Origin: a virus
Length of the DNA stretch: 64,000 bases
Direction: 5' to 3' (one strand)
Virus record (IMG/VR): IMGVR_UViG_3300034198_012226
Coordinates: 1 to 64,000 of that record
Numbering within the stretch: position 1 is the first letter of the stretch; each line of letters begins with the position of its first letter. Below are positions 29,660-38,303 of the stretch, in pieces. The translations under genes and the position numbers were made by a program. The notes beneath the pieces were generated by a model. It saw only the letters and a list, made by a program, of their open reading frames with translations, made no database searches and was not told the origin of the DNA.

Positions 29660-30004
29660 ATGCCAGCAGCCCCACTCGACCTGGAAGTCGATCAGTTCGC
29701 CGCCTTCCGGAAGACCTCTTTCTACCTCGACGCCGACCGCCAGCCCATCGACATGACGGGCTGGACTGGTCACATGCAGATCAGGACGCCAACCGGCGAA
29801 CTGGTCTACGACCTGTCCACGGCCACCGGCACCATCTCCCTCGGCGCGGACGGCGCTGTCAAGCTGTCGATCCCGGCCGTTGACACCGCCAAGTTCAAGT
29901 TCGTGAAGGCCGAGTACGACCTGGTCGTGACGCCGCCGTCGCAACCGCCCTACCGCCTGCTCGTGGGTGAGGTGACCTTGTCCAGGGGCGTGACCCGGCC
30001 ATGA
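29660..30004 (+). CDS. Putative virion accessory protein (Ig-like/BppU-like)
   Basis: PIDMTGWTGHMQIR...AEYDLVV...LLVGEV pattern common in phage fibre-adaptor proteins. Confidence 0.5.
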   Translation: MPAAPLDLEVDQFAAFRKTSFYLDADRQPIDMTGWTGHMQIRTPTGELVYDLSTATGTISLGADGAVKLSIPAVDTAKFKFVKAEYDLVVTPPSQPPYRLLVGEVTLSRGVTRP

Positions 30005-30519
30005 CCGACTGCAACCACATCATCGAAGTCGTCCAGGAGCAGATCGGCACCGTTGTCGATGTCCAGGATCGCACGCTGGTCGATGTCCAGGAGGTCACCT
30101 ACATCATCGCCGACGCGAAGATGGGGCCTCCGGGGCCGCAGGGCCTGCCTGGCAATTCGTCGGGCCTGTTCGTGGCCAAGGCCGCTGCCAACCTGTCTGG
30201 GCACCGCGTTGTGCTGCTCAACGCCGACCGGAAGCTGGAGTACGGAAGCTGCGACCAGGAGGCCGACATGGACAGGATCATCGGCGTCACCAATGCCGCT
30301 GCCGAGGCCAACATGGACTGCCCTGTCGTCTCCAGCGGCGAGATGGTCGAGAACACCTGGGCATGGGATGTCACCTTGCCCGTGTACCTGGGCACGAACG
30401 GCACCTTGACGCAAGTTCCTCCGGAAGCGCCGGGTGCCAAGTTCTGCATGGTGGTGGGGTTCCCGATCTCCAGCACCTCGATTTTCATCAAACCTCGGGA
30501 ACCCATCCTCATCTCTTAA
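30001..30519 (+). CDS. Putative head fibre / decoration protein (short collagen-like GPPGPQGLPG)
   Basis: Gly-X-Y stretch; C-terminal PVYLGTNGTLTQ pattern of capsid-cement-like folds. Confidence 0.5.
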   Translation: MTDCNHIIEVVQEQIGTVVDVQDRTLVDVQEVTYIIADAKMGPPGPQGLPGNSSGLFVAKAAANLSGHRVVLLNADRKLEYGSCDQEADMDRIIGVTNAAAEANMDCPVVSSGEMVENTWAWDVTLPVYLGTNGTLTQVPPEAPGAKFCMVVGFPISSTSIFIKPREPILIS

Positions 30520-30531
30520 AGGTAAAGCACC

Positions 30532-31140
30532 ATGGCAAACTCGGTAACAAAATTCCTGAAGCAAGCAGGAGGCCGTTTGGCCGAAGTCTTCGCTGTCGTC
30601 TCGTCGGCGGGTGCCGCTGACGCCGACAAAATCCCGGCGCTGAACGGCTCGGGCGTACTCGATCCAACCCTGCTGAACGCCAAAGCGTCTTCGGCTGGCG
30701 CAGGCGATGCCAACAAGGTGGTCATGCTCGGCGCTGACGGCAAGATCGACTCGACCATGTTCAACGCCTCGGGCAACTCGAACTCGAAGGATATGACGAC
30801 CTCGGAAGCCCTGTCCGCTGGCAACTGGGTCAACATCCACGACGTGAGCGGTTCCGCTCGCGTGCGCAAGGCCGATGCAGCCTCGCCAGGCAAGCCGGTG
30901 ATGGGCTACGTCCTTGCCGCTGCGGCCTCCGGTGCTACCGTCAAAGTGTACTTCGAGGGCGAGAACACTGGCGTGTCCGGCATGACCGCTGGCGACGTGT
31001 ACCTGTCGGCGACTACACCGGGTGCAGGCCAGGCAGAATCGCCAACCGGCGTGGGCGTCCTGAGCCAGTTCATCGGCGTCGCCACCTCGGCCACCTCGGT
31101 CAACTACCAGCCAGGCCCTGTGGTCGTGCAGGCAGGCTGA
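30532..31140 (+). CDS. Putative head fibre / decoration protein
   Basis: Duplicated SSAGA(A/G)DA.K motif; SEALSAGNWVNI, GYVLAA, GDVYLS pattern; Ala/Gly-rich. Confidence 0.55.
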   Translation: MANSVTKFLKQAGGRLAEVFAVVSSAGAADADKIPALNGSGVLDPTLLNAKASSAGAGDANKVVMLGADGKIDSTMFNASGNSNSKDMTTSEALSAGNWVNIHDVSGSARVRKADAASPGKPVMGYVLAAAASGATVKVYFEGENTGVSGMTAGDVYLSATTPGAGQAESPTGVGVLSQFIGVATSATSVNYQPGPVVVQAG

Positions 31141-31142
31141 TC

Positions 31143-31529
31143 ATGAGCGCCCCTAGCCTGAAGGTGACCGAGTACCGGAGCCACGCTGACAGCCCGCTCA
31201 CGACCTTGTCCATCGAGCCGGGGGCGGTTGTCGTCACCATGTTGTTTGACCAGCCGAACTCCCACACTCGGCTGCACAGCCACACGTTCGACCACTGGAT
31301 GGAGGTCGTGAGCGGCACCGTCCTCATCGAGCTGGATGGTGTGCGCAGCATCAGGCGTGCGGGGGAGCGTTACCTGGTCGAGGCCCACAAACGCCACAGC
31401 GTGGTTCCCTTGTCCCTTGACGCCCTTGTCCGCTGCGTACACGAGAACCCTCAAGTCCATCCAGACAACGTAGACCCTCACCTCGGCGTCCCGTATGAAT
31501 GGGTCGGACGCCTGACCGAGATCGAATAA
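31143..31529 (+). CDS. Cupin-domain protein
   Basis: HSHTFDH...SG and later AGE...V.AHKRH match cupin motifs 1 and 2. Confidence 0.7.
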   Translation: MSAPSLKVTEYRSHADSPLTTLSIEPGAVVVTMLFDQPNSHTRLHSHTFDHWMEVVSGTVLIELDGVRSIRRAGERYLVEAHKRHSVVPLSLDALVRCVHENPQVHPDNVDPHLGVPYEWVGRLTEIE

Positions 31530-32488
31530 TGCAACGCGCAAACTTTGTAGAAGAAACAGCAGTCTCCATTGCCGGAACCAACGGCAATGGCGATGTCACG
31601 CTGACGCCGGTTTATGGCTACCCGTCGATTGAACGAGCACTCGGCACCGGCACCGTGTTCATCCCCTACGTCATCGAAGACACCTACAACTTCAAGATGG
31701 AGAGCGGGCTTGGCAAGGTGGTCGGGGGTGTGCTCACGCGCCTGAAGCCGCAGACCACCTGGGACGCCGCGACCGACACCTACAACAACTTTGCACCAGC
31801 TCCCCTGGAGTTCGGCAGCAATCCCGAACCTGGCAGCATCCGGGTGCGTATCGCTCTCACGGCAGAAAACTCCCCGCCGCTGCACCCCGGCATGGTCAAC
31901 GCTGGACTCAGCACCGAAGCCTGGAACCAGTACCCTATCAGCCCGCACCTCGGCGCGCAAACCGGCAGTGGTGCAGGTGTCAGTTCAAGTCCCGGTACGG
32001 AGTTCCACACCTACTACAGGCTGGACTACGGCGGCAGGCTCACGGGCTTGCAGATCGACCTGACCGGGAGCTATGCCAACTCGATCATCCGGCTGGCAGT
32101 GTATGACATCGGGCCTGATGCCTTGCCTTCCCGGAAGCTGGCACAAACGCACAACATCGACGCGAGCACTACCGGCCTGCGGACGCTGAACGATCCGAGC
32201 TTGTGGGTGCATGGTCAGAACGTATTCCTGAACCCAGGCTGGTACACCGTCATGTATCAGACGAGCTACGGTATCTCCGTGCGCGGACTCCTGAACGGCA
32301 ACTCGGCGGGCACTGGCCCTAGCCCTCTCGGCCGTACCGGGCCTAGCTACGCGGGTTACAAGACGACCTTGACCAACTTCAGGTCGAACGGTGCTGCCTG
32401 GGAGGAGCTTCCGGCAGAGTTCGTTCCGGGTGCCATGGGCATCATGGGTGCGCAGATTGCTTGGGTAGGTATGAGGGTACAACCATGA
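31529..32488 (+). CDS. Putative virion structural / side-fibre protein
   Basis: TAATG coupling to the cupin gene; N-terminal ANFVEET...GTNG pattern; Gly/Thr-rich. Confidence 0.5.
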   Translation: MQRANFVEETAVSIAGTNGNGDVTLTPVYGYPSIERALGTGTVFIPYVIEDTYNFKMESGLGKVVGGVLTRLKPQTTWDAATDTYNNFAPAPLEFGSNPEPGSIRVRIALTAENSPPLHPGMVNAGLSTEAWNQYPISPHLGAQTGSGAGVSSSPGTEFHTYYRLDYGGRLTGLQIDLTGSYANSIIRLAVYDIGPDALPSRKLAQTHNIDASTTGLRTLNDPSLWVHGQNVFLNPGWYTVMYQTSYGISVRGLLNGNSAGTGPSPLGRTGPSYAGYKTTLTNFRSNGAAWEELPAEFVPGAMGIMGAQIAWVGMRVQP

Positions 32489-32985
32489 TCGACTACATCG
32501 AGAAGGGCGCGGGGCTGCATGAGGCCATTCGCCAAGCTGGCCACTGGCTGCGCCAGGAGAACGGAGAGTGGGTCTCCTCCAACGACGAGCTGGTGCAGCT
32601 CATCATCAACGACTACTCGCTCGTGCAGGCGCGTGCGCGCAAGTGCGCTGAGGTGACGGCACACGCCAAGGTGTTGCGGGACAAGGTCGTGTCCACCATC
32701 AGCCCAGGCGAGATGGCGAGCTGGTCGCTGAAGGCCCTGGAGGCGACCAAGTTCAGCGCCAGCGGCAATGCCGCTGACTGCCCCATGCTGTCGCTGGAGG
32801 CCCAGGCCCGCAACATCCCACTTGCCGACCTGGTGGCCAAGGTGCATGGCAACACGCAGAGGTTCAGCATGGCCGAGGCCATGATCGGTGGTACCGATGG
32901 ACGCCACCGTGACACCATTACCGCGCTGGACGACTTCGAGGCCATCAACAACTACGACTTCAGCTCCGGCTGGCCGGTGGTGTAA
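32485..32985 (+). CDS. Putative fibre assembly chaperone
   Basis: EMASWSLKALEA...PMLSLEAQARNIPLADLVAKV pattern of fibre assembly proteins. Confidence 0.55.
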   Translation: MIDYIEKGAGLHEAIRQAGHWLRQENGEWVSSNDELVQLIINDYSLVQARARKCAEVTAHAKVLRDKVVSTISPGEMASWSLKALEATKFSASGNAADCPMLSLEAQARNIPLADLVAKVHGNTQRFSMAEAMIGGTDGRHRDTITALDDFEAINNYDFSSGWPVV

Positions 32986-33279
32986 GTGAGCTTCGGACGG
33001 TCGTCATTCGGCAGCATCCCATTTGGCCTCAATGCCTATGTGGTGGAGCAGCCGCCCCTGGAGGGTGGCCACCGCGCCATCATTCTGATGGGCGGCGTGC
33101 TGCACCAGATTCCCGACGACCAGATCGGCCTGGGATGGGAACCCGTCACCTTGTGGCGTGGCCAGCTCGTGGAGTATGACCTGACCAAGTTCCTCCAGGC
33201 CGGGGAGCTTGGCATCCCGCTGATCTTCCTGGACGGCAGGCTCCAGACCTTGCCTGAAGGCGAGAACCTGATTCTCTGA
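32986..33279 (+). CDS. Hypothetical protein
   Basis: GTG start directly after the previous stop; 97 aa. Confidence 0.5.
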   Translation: MSFGRSSFGSIPFGLNAYVVEQPPLEGGHRAIILMGGVLHQIPDDQIGLGWEPVTLWRGQLVEYDLTKFLQAGELGIPLIFLDGRLQTLPEGENLIL

Positions 33280-33309
33280 TTGCCAGACGAGTTTCCGTGT
33301 GGATATAAT
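33280..33309 (+). promoter_or_regulatory. Putative sigma70-type promoter
   Basis: TTGCCA-18 nt-TATAAT upstream of ATG 33333. Confidence 0.6.
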
Positions 33310-33332
33310 GGCTCCAATTTCTGGAGAGCAAC

Positions 33333-33875
33333 ATGGACAAGAACGACGTTTTGGATTTTGCGAAGAAGGCCATCCCCTGGATCGGGGCGGCGGCTACCGG
33401 CAATGTGCCGGTGCTGGTCGCAATGGCTTCGCAGGCAGTCAGCGATGCGCTCGGCGTCAAGGTCGAGGCTACACCGACTGCAATCGCGGAAGCAGTGGCA
33501 GGCGCGACACCTGAACAGATGATCGCGCTGAAGGCGGCAGAGAACGACTTCGCGCTGAAGATGCGCGAACTCAACTACAAGGAAGTGACCGAGCTGTACG
33601 CTTCAGAGGTGGCCGACCGCAATGGTGCGCGGGAGCGCGAGGCGAAGGTCAACGACCACACCAACCGCAACCTGGCGTACCTGGTCATCGGTGCGTTCAT
33701 CGCCATGGTGGCCTGCACCCTGATGGGCTGGACGAAGGCCGAGTCGGTCATGGCGGGCACGCTGATCGGCTACCTGTCGGCGAAGGCCGAACAGGTGCTG
33801 TCGTACTACTTCGGCAGCACGCGAGGCAGCTCGCGGAAGACGGAATTGCTGGCGTCGAAGACGCCGACAAAATAG
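33333..33875 (+). CDS. Holin-like membrane protein (GTA 3TM-holin-like)
   Basis: DRNGARERE, C-terminal TM helices and VLSYYFGSTRGS motif. Confidence 0.65.
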   Translation: MDKNDVLDFAKKAIPWIGAAATGNVPVLVAMASQAVSDALGVKVEATPTAIAEAVAGATPEQMIALKAAENDFALKMRELNYKEVTELYASEVADRNGAREREAKVNDHTNRNLAYLVIGAFIAMVACTLMGWTKAESVMAGTLIGYLSAKAEQVLSYYFGSTRGSSRKTELLASKTPTK

Positions 33876-33915
33876 GGATTGCAACTCAGGAGGAGGTGAT
33901 TCTCTATCTAGGTCG

Positions 33916-33935
33916 AGGCCCCGTAAGGGGCCTTT
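33916..33935. terminator. Hairpin terminator at the convergence point of the two genome arms
   Basis: AGGCCCC-GTAA-GGGGCCT(TT) between convergent genes. Confidence 0.7.
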
Positions 33936-34487
33936 ACCTTATGGTGAAGCTATTCCGCTTCGCTCGGTTTGCTACCTGGGTCAAGACCTGGAAGTTATTC
34001 CACACACATGAAGTCCGCAGACGAGGTCTCCACGAAGTGGTATGACATGATCCACCTCCCAGGGTTCGCCAGTCAGCACCTCAAGCCGAATAGCTAGGTC
34101 ACAGGCTTCGTAGAATACAAGGTCAGTCAACTCGGACGACCAAGGCATCACGGCCCGCTTCCTGGCGGCTCGCCGCTTGGAGCTATACCTGCGAACAGCG
34201 TCGGGATTTTCCCGCTTATATCGCCTACAGGTCTCACGGTGGGCTTCCTTCTGCTCGACCGTTGCAGACGACTTGTACCTGTTCCGGATAGCCGCTGACT
34301 TCTCTGGGTTCTCCTGTGCCCAACGAACCCTGCGGGCGGTCTCATGAACCTTATTTTCCTGGGCCTTGGCAGACCGGCGAAGCCTGGCGCAAGGTTTGCA
34401 GGCACTGCTATACCCACTGCTCTGGCTCTTGTCCACGTAGAACGACTCGAAGGGTAGAACCTGCTTGCAGGCATAGCAGTTTTTCAC
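33934..34487 (-). pseudogene. HNH homing endonuclease frameshifted in a (TG)4 run
   Basis: Zn-ribbon CYAC...CKPC; WEVDHVIPLRG..VCGLHV; deleting one TG at about 34001-34008 gives WNNFQVLTQVANRAKRNSFTIR*, completing the HNH motif. Confidence 0.8.
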
Positions 34488-34489
34488 GA

Positions 34490-34690
34490 TTAGCTCGCTT
34501 CCTGTGGATCGGTGGGCAGCGGCTCCAATTGATCCGGCCCGTAGATGTGCAGTAGCCCCGCAGGCTCGTCCATCTCGAAGACGTACCGCTCAAACCCTTT
34601 CAGGGTCGTGAACACGCCGACGATGGTGCCGTGGCACTGGTAACTGCCGCCGACCTTCTGGACGCGGTCTCGATCTTTAAACTTAGGCAC
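34490..34690 (-). CDS. R67/DfrB-like (type II dihydrofolate reductase) SH3-fold protein
   Basis: F..RDRVQK..G....GTIVG...T.....Y..E.....GLLHIY....LE parallels R67 F..GDRVRKKSG...GQIVG.Y.T.....Y.VE....PGSVQIY....LE; overlaps the thyA stop. Confidence 0.6.
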   Translation of the reverse strand: MPKFKDRDRVQKVGGSYQCHGTIVGVFTTLKGFERYVFEMDEPAGLLHIYGPDQLEPLPTDPQEAS

Positions 34691-35648
34691 TAGGAATCTC
34701 CTTGTTGGTAACGGTTGTGGCCATCGGCACCTTGTCCGACTTGAGCCGGTATGGATTATAGCCGTCCAGGACGATCAGGCTGTGATCGACAGCGGCCAGG
34801 CCATTGGCATCGACACCGTACAAGTCCTGCCCCAGGAACAGATGGGGGAAGGGCTTCTCCTCTTTGGTGACGGCGATGTCGAGCTGCTCCTGCACGGCAT
34901 CGAACGCCTTGTTGTAGATGTGAGTGTCGTCCAGGTGGTGCGTCAGCCAGCGCGGTTTCAGGCCGGTCGCCGCCGCCACCAGGTGGAGCAGCAGCGCCGC
35001 CCCGGCGATATTCATCGGCACACCCAGGAACATGTCCGACGACCGCTGGTAGAACGACATGTTCAGCTCACCGGCAGCGACGTTGACCTGGAAGCGGTAT
35101 AAGACGTGGCAAGGTGGCAGACACATCTCGGCGAAATGGTCAGGGCGCCAGGCCGAGAGCACGATGCGGCGGCTGTACGGGTCGTTGCGGATCATGTCCA
35201 GGACAACTTGCACCTGGTCGATGCTCTCGTCAACCACCGTGAACAGCGGCTCGTCTGCCGTGTTCTCGTACTCGTGGAGGGTATGAGCCTCCCAGTGCCT
35301 CCACTGGTAACCGTACGCCTTGCCCATGTCGCCAGGGCCTTTGCGGTGCGGGCTGGCCAGCCAGTCGGCATTGCCGTTGGCGTCCTTCTCCCACCACTTG
35401 CAGCCGATGGCAGCGAAGTCGGCGCTGTTGGTGTAGCCGCGCAGGAAGCCGACGATCTCGCCACGGATGCCGGGGAAGTACAGCTCTTTCGACCACGGTG
35501 CCGGGAAGCCGTTGTTCATGTCGAAGCGCATGATCGAGCCGTAGGGCAAGGTCAGTGCCCACTGGTCGGTGCGGTTGTCCTGGCGGTAGCCGGTGGCCAT
35601 GACCTCGCCCAGGAGCATGTGGTATTGGTGCATGGAAGTGTCAAGCAT
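34683..35648 (-). CDS. thyA: Thymidylate synthase
   Basis: DNRT, YGYQWR, SRRIVLSAW, LPPCH, YQRSSDMFLGVPMN, HIY motifs; ATG 35648 with GGAG SD. Confidence 0.95.
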   Translation of the reverse strand: MLDTSMHQYHMLLGEVMATGYRQDNRTDQWALTLPYGSIMRFDMNNGFPAPWSKELYFPGIRGEIVGFLRGYTNSADFAAIGCKWWEKDANGNADWLASPHRKGPGDMGKAYGYQWRHWEAHTLHEYENTADEPLFTVVDESIDQVQVVLDMIRNDPYSRRIVLSAWRPDHFAEMCLPPCHVLYRFQVNVAAGELNMSFYQRSSDMFLGVPMNIAGAALLLHLVAAATGLKPRWLTHHLDDTHIYNKAFDAVQEQLDIAVTKEEKPFPHLFLGQDLYGVDANGLAAVDHSLIVLDGYNPYRLKSDKVPMATTVTNKEIPSA

Positions 35649-36195
35649 TGAAGTCTCCAGTGAGTGTAGGGAGTTGGATATGGGTCCTGGTACCCCGGCA
35701 GGAGTTCCAGGTGTTCTTGGTGCCGCCTTCAGCAGGGACGATACCCGAGGCGAACGTGTAGGCAAGCAACTGCTCACACGCTGCCACCTTGGCGTTGCGG
35801 GCGAACATGCCGCTGTGGCCGCGCCGAAGTGGCTCCATCGTGACCGCAGCACCGCCACAGATCGCCGCAACGATGTCCGCGAAGGTGTTTCGGCTGATGG
35901 TCCGGCTGAACCGGATATGGTAGTAGTTCGAGATGGAACCTGCCGAAGGCCCGCCTCCGGCCTCCTCGAACTTGTGGGTGAATGGTGCGGGCAGGTGCAG
36001 TGCCAGGCGGGAGGCGTGGCCACGCAGGTACAGCTCCACCGCGAGGTGGTCTGCCCAGGCCGCACCGCCCGACACAAGGTGAGACCCTACAGGGACACGG
36101 GCGACGGCGTCAGCCACCATCCAGTCCCAGAGGGCGCGGGTCATCGGCTTGGTCTTGTCGCGGCCAGCCGTCCCGATGATAGCGATGCGATCCAT
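35641..36195 (-). CDS. SLOG-superfamily (YspA/DprA-like) nucleotide-binding protein
   Basis: IAIIGTAGR, LVSGGAAWADHLAV, FARNAKVA, GGTKNTW. Confidence 0.65.
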   Translation of the reverse strand: MDRIAIIGTAGRDKTKPMTRALWDWMVADAVARVPVGSHLVSGGAAWADHLAVELYLRGHASRLALHLPAPFTHKFEEAGGGPSAGSISNYYHIRFSRTISRNTFADIVAAICGGAAVTMEPLRRGHSGMFARNAKVAACEQLLAYTFASGIVPAEGGTKNTWNSCRGTRTHIQLPTLTGDFNA

Positions 36196-36197
36196 GC

Positions 36198-38303
36198 TTA
36201 CACCATGATCACGTTGTCGGCCACCGCCTCGGCAGCAGCTTCGTGGGTGACCAGGAGGGTCTGCGGGAAGCCGGCCGATGCGATGAAGCCCATCAGCGAC
36301 GCCGTGCGGTCATCGTCGCAAGCCGAGGTGGCCTCGTCCAGGACAAGGAACGAGCAGTCCGGGATGAAGGTCTTGAGCATGGCCACGCGGATCGAGAAGC
36401 CCAGGAGGTCAAGTGCGCTGCCGGACAGGCCCTCTGCCGGACGACCGTTGACCAGGAAGCCCTTGGTGCCCTTGGTCACGACCGACTGCTCGCCGCGCAT
36501 CTGGCTGAACATGACCGAGACCGAGGTCAGCACCACGGCCCACAGCTCGGCGGCGACGACTGGCCGCGCTGCCTTGACCTTCTTGACCAGCGTGTTGTTG
36601 AACTCCAGCTCCCGGCGCTCCTCGCGGCGCTCCTCCAGATCGACCTTGACCTGGGCGAACTGGCGCTCGGCGATCCGGAACTCGGCCAGGCCACGGGCCT
36701 TGACGGTTTCCAGGGCCTGGAGTTCTTCACGGCCCTCGCGCAGTGCCGTGCGCAGCTCGACCACCTTCGTGTCAGCCATCGCCTTGGCGTGCTGGAGTTC
36801 GGCGAGATCGACCGGCACCGGCACCGCCGCCTTCAGTTGCGAGACCAGCAGCTCGTCCGAGGCGATGGCTTCGTCAGCGACAGCCAGGCGGGCAACAGCG
36901 GCCTGCTTCTTCACCAGCGCGGCCTTCAGCTCGGCGAGCTGGCGGGCCATCTCGGTCGTCGGTGCCGGTGCCGATGGCGCTGCACCCTTCCAGGTGATGC
37001 GCGGCGGGACGTACTGCTCGTCCACCTCGACGTACTGGGCGTGGCGCTGGAGGAACGCATTGAACGGCGCGGCGCTGGCCAGGACGGCTTCCAAGTCCTT
37101 CAGCTCCTCGGCAGCTTCGGTGCCCTGGGCCACCAGGGTGGCACGCTCGGCGGTCATGGTAGCGATGCTGGCGTCCAGCTCGGCGTTCTTCTTGGCCACG
37201 TCAGGGAACTGGGACAAGTCCTGCTGGCAGAAGCCACAGATGGACGAGGTCGTCTTCTGGGACTCAGCCACCTTGATCTTCGTGTTCAGGTCGCTGACCT
37301 TCTCGCGCAGCTCCTGCACCTTGGCACGGCTGGAAGCGATTGCAGCCTCCAGGGAGGGCTTGCCTTCGTCCCACTCGACTTCCACCGTGGGCAGCTTAGA
37401 AAACGCCGTGTGGGCCGATCTGCGGGCTTCCTGGGCCTGTTCGTCACGGATGCCTTCCTCCAGCAGCGGGATGCGGCGCTCATCCACCTCGACGGCAGCA
37501 GTGACGGCGTCCTGGTCACGAGCGTACTTCTTCCGCTCCAGGGCACCCTGCGCGGCCTCCAGGCTGGCCAGGGCACGGGTGCGAACGTCGGCAGCGGCCT
37601 TCTGCTCGGTGTAGTCGTCGTTCGCCTTCTTCGCCACCTCCTCGGCCATGGTCAAGGTGCGTTGCAGGCCCTGGTCGGCGTGCGACAGGGCGCTGATCTT
37701 CGCATCGACCTCGGTCGTATCGGGTGGCGTCGGGCCACCGGCTTCGAGCTTGGCTTCCAGGTCGCTGACTTCGTTGTCCAGCTTCGTGGTCGGGCCGGTG
37801 GTCAGGCGCTCGTTGAAGGCGTCCATCAGGCGGTCGAACAAGTCCATGCCCGACATGTCTTCGATGTACTGGGAGATCGCCGTGGGGCCAGCCTGCAAGG
37901 CACCGCGGAGTTCACCTTGCGGGGCGAACATCAGCTTCATCGCGGTCTGGGCATCGGCACCCAGGAGGGCCGAGGCGAACTTGCTGACCTCGTCCTGGCC
38001 GGTGACGGTGCCGCCGTCGTGCAGGCACTCGGCACCGTTCTTGTGCCGGGTGAAGCTGTACATGCTGTCGCCCTTCTTCATCACCAGGGTGACCTTGGCC
38101 TCCTTCTCGGCCAGGCCGTAGGTGACCATCTCGGCCAGCGGCAGCGGCATCGCCTTGATGCCCCACAGGGCGTAGGCGATGGCCAGCAGCAGGGAGGTTT
38201 TGCCGCCCTCGTTCGGGCCGCGCACAGCGTTCAGGCCATTGGAAAACACGATGGTGCGGTCAACGTGTTTGCGCCAGTTCTTCATGTGGAGGGAGATCAG
38301 CAT
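36198..38303 (-). CDS. SbcC/Rad50-like ABC ATPase (recombination nuclease subunit)
   Basis: Walker A GPNEGGKT, Q-loop APQG, coiled coil with zinc hook CGFC, signature LSGS, Walker B LVLDE, VTH. Confidence 0.92.
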   Translation of the reverse strand: MLISLHMKNWRKHVDRTIVFSNGLNAVRGPNEGGKTSLLLAIAYALWGIKAMPLPLAEMVTYGLAEKEAKVTLVMKKGDSMYSFTRHKNGAECLHDGGTVTGQDEVSKFASALLGADAQTAMKLMFAPQGELRGALQAGPTAISQYIEDMSGMDLFDRLMDAFNERLTTGPTTKLDNEVSDLEAKLEAGGPTPPDTTEVDAKISALSHADQGLQRTLTMAEEVAKKANDDYTEQKAAADVRTRALASLEAAQGALERKKYARDQDAVTAAVEVDERRIPLLEEGIRDEQAQEARRSAHTAFSKLPTVEVEWDEGKPSLEAAIASSRAKVQELREKVSDLNTKIKVAESQKTTSSICGFCQQDLSQFPDVAKKNAELDASIATMTAERATLVAQGTEAAEELKDLEAVLASAAPFNAFLQRHAQYVEVDEQYVPPRITWKGAAPSAPAPTTEMARQLAELKAALVKKQAAVARLAVADEAIASDELLVSQLKAAVPVPVDLAELQHAKAMADTKVVELRTALREGREELQALETVKARGLAEFRIAERQFAQVKVDLEERREERRELEFNNTLVKKVKAARPVVAAELWAVVLTSVSVMFSQMRGEQSVVTKGTKGFLVNGRPAEGLSGSALDLLGFSIRVAMLKTFIPDCSFLVLDEATSACDDDRTASLMGFIASAGFPQTLLVTHEAAAEAVADNVIMV

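Noticed and set aside
34683-35648. ThyA as a dCMP hydroxymethylase (modified-base pathway)
   Set aside because: It retains the dUMP-specifying Asn in DMFLGVPMN, and dUTPase is present, consistent with ordinary dTMP synthesis
613-37614. Weaker CTACACCGAG matches (about 614, 1574, 18000, 37600) as motif copies
   Set aside because: Explained by common codons TAC ACC GAG (Y-T-E) and lacking the right half-site
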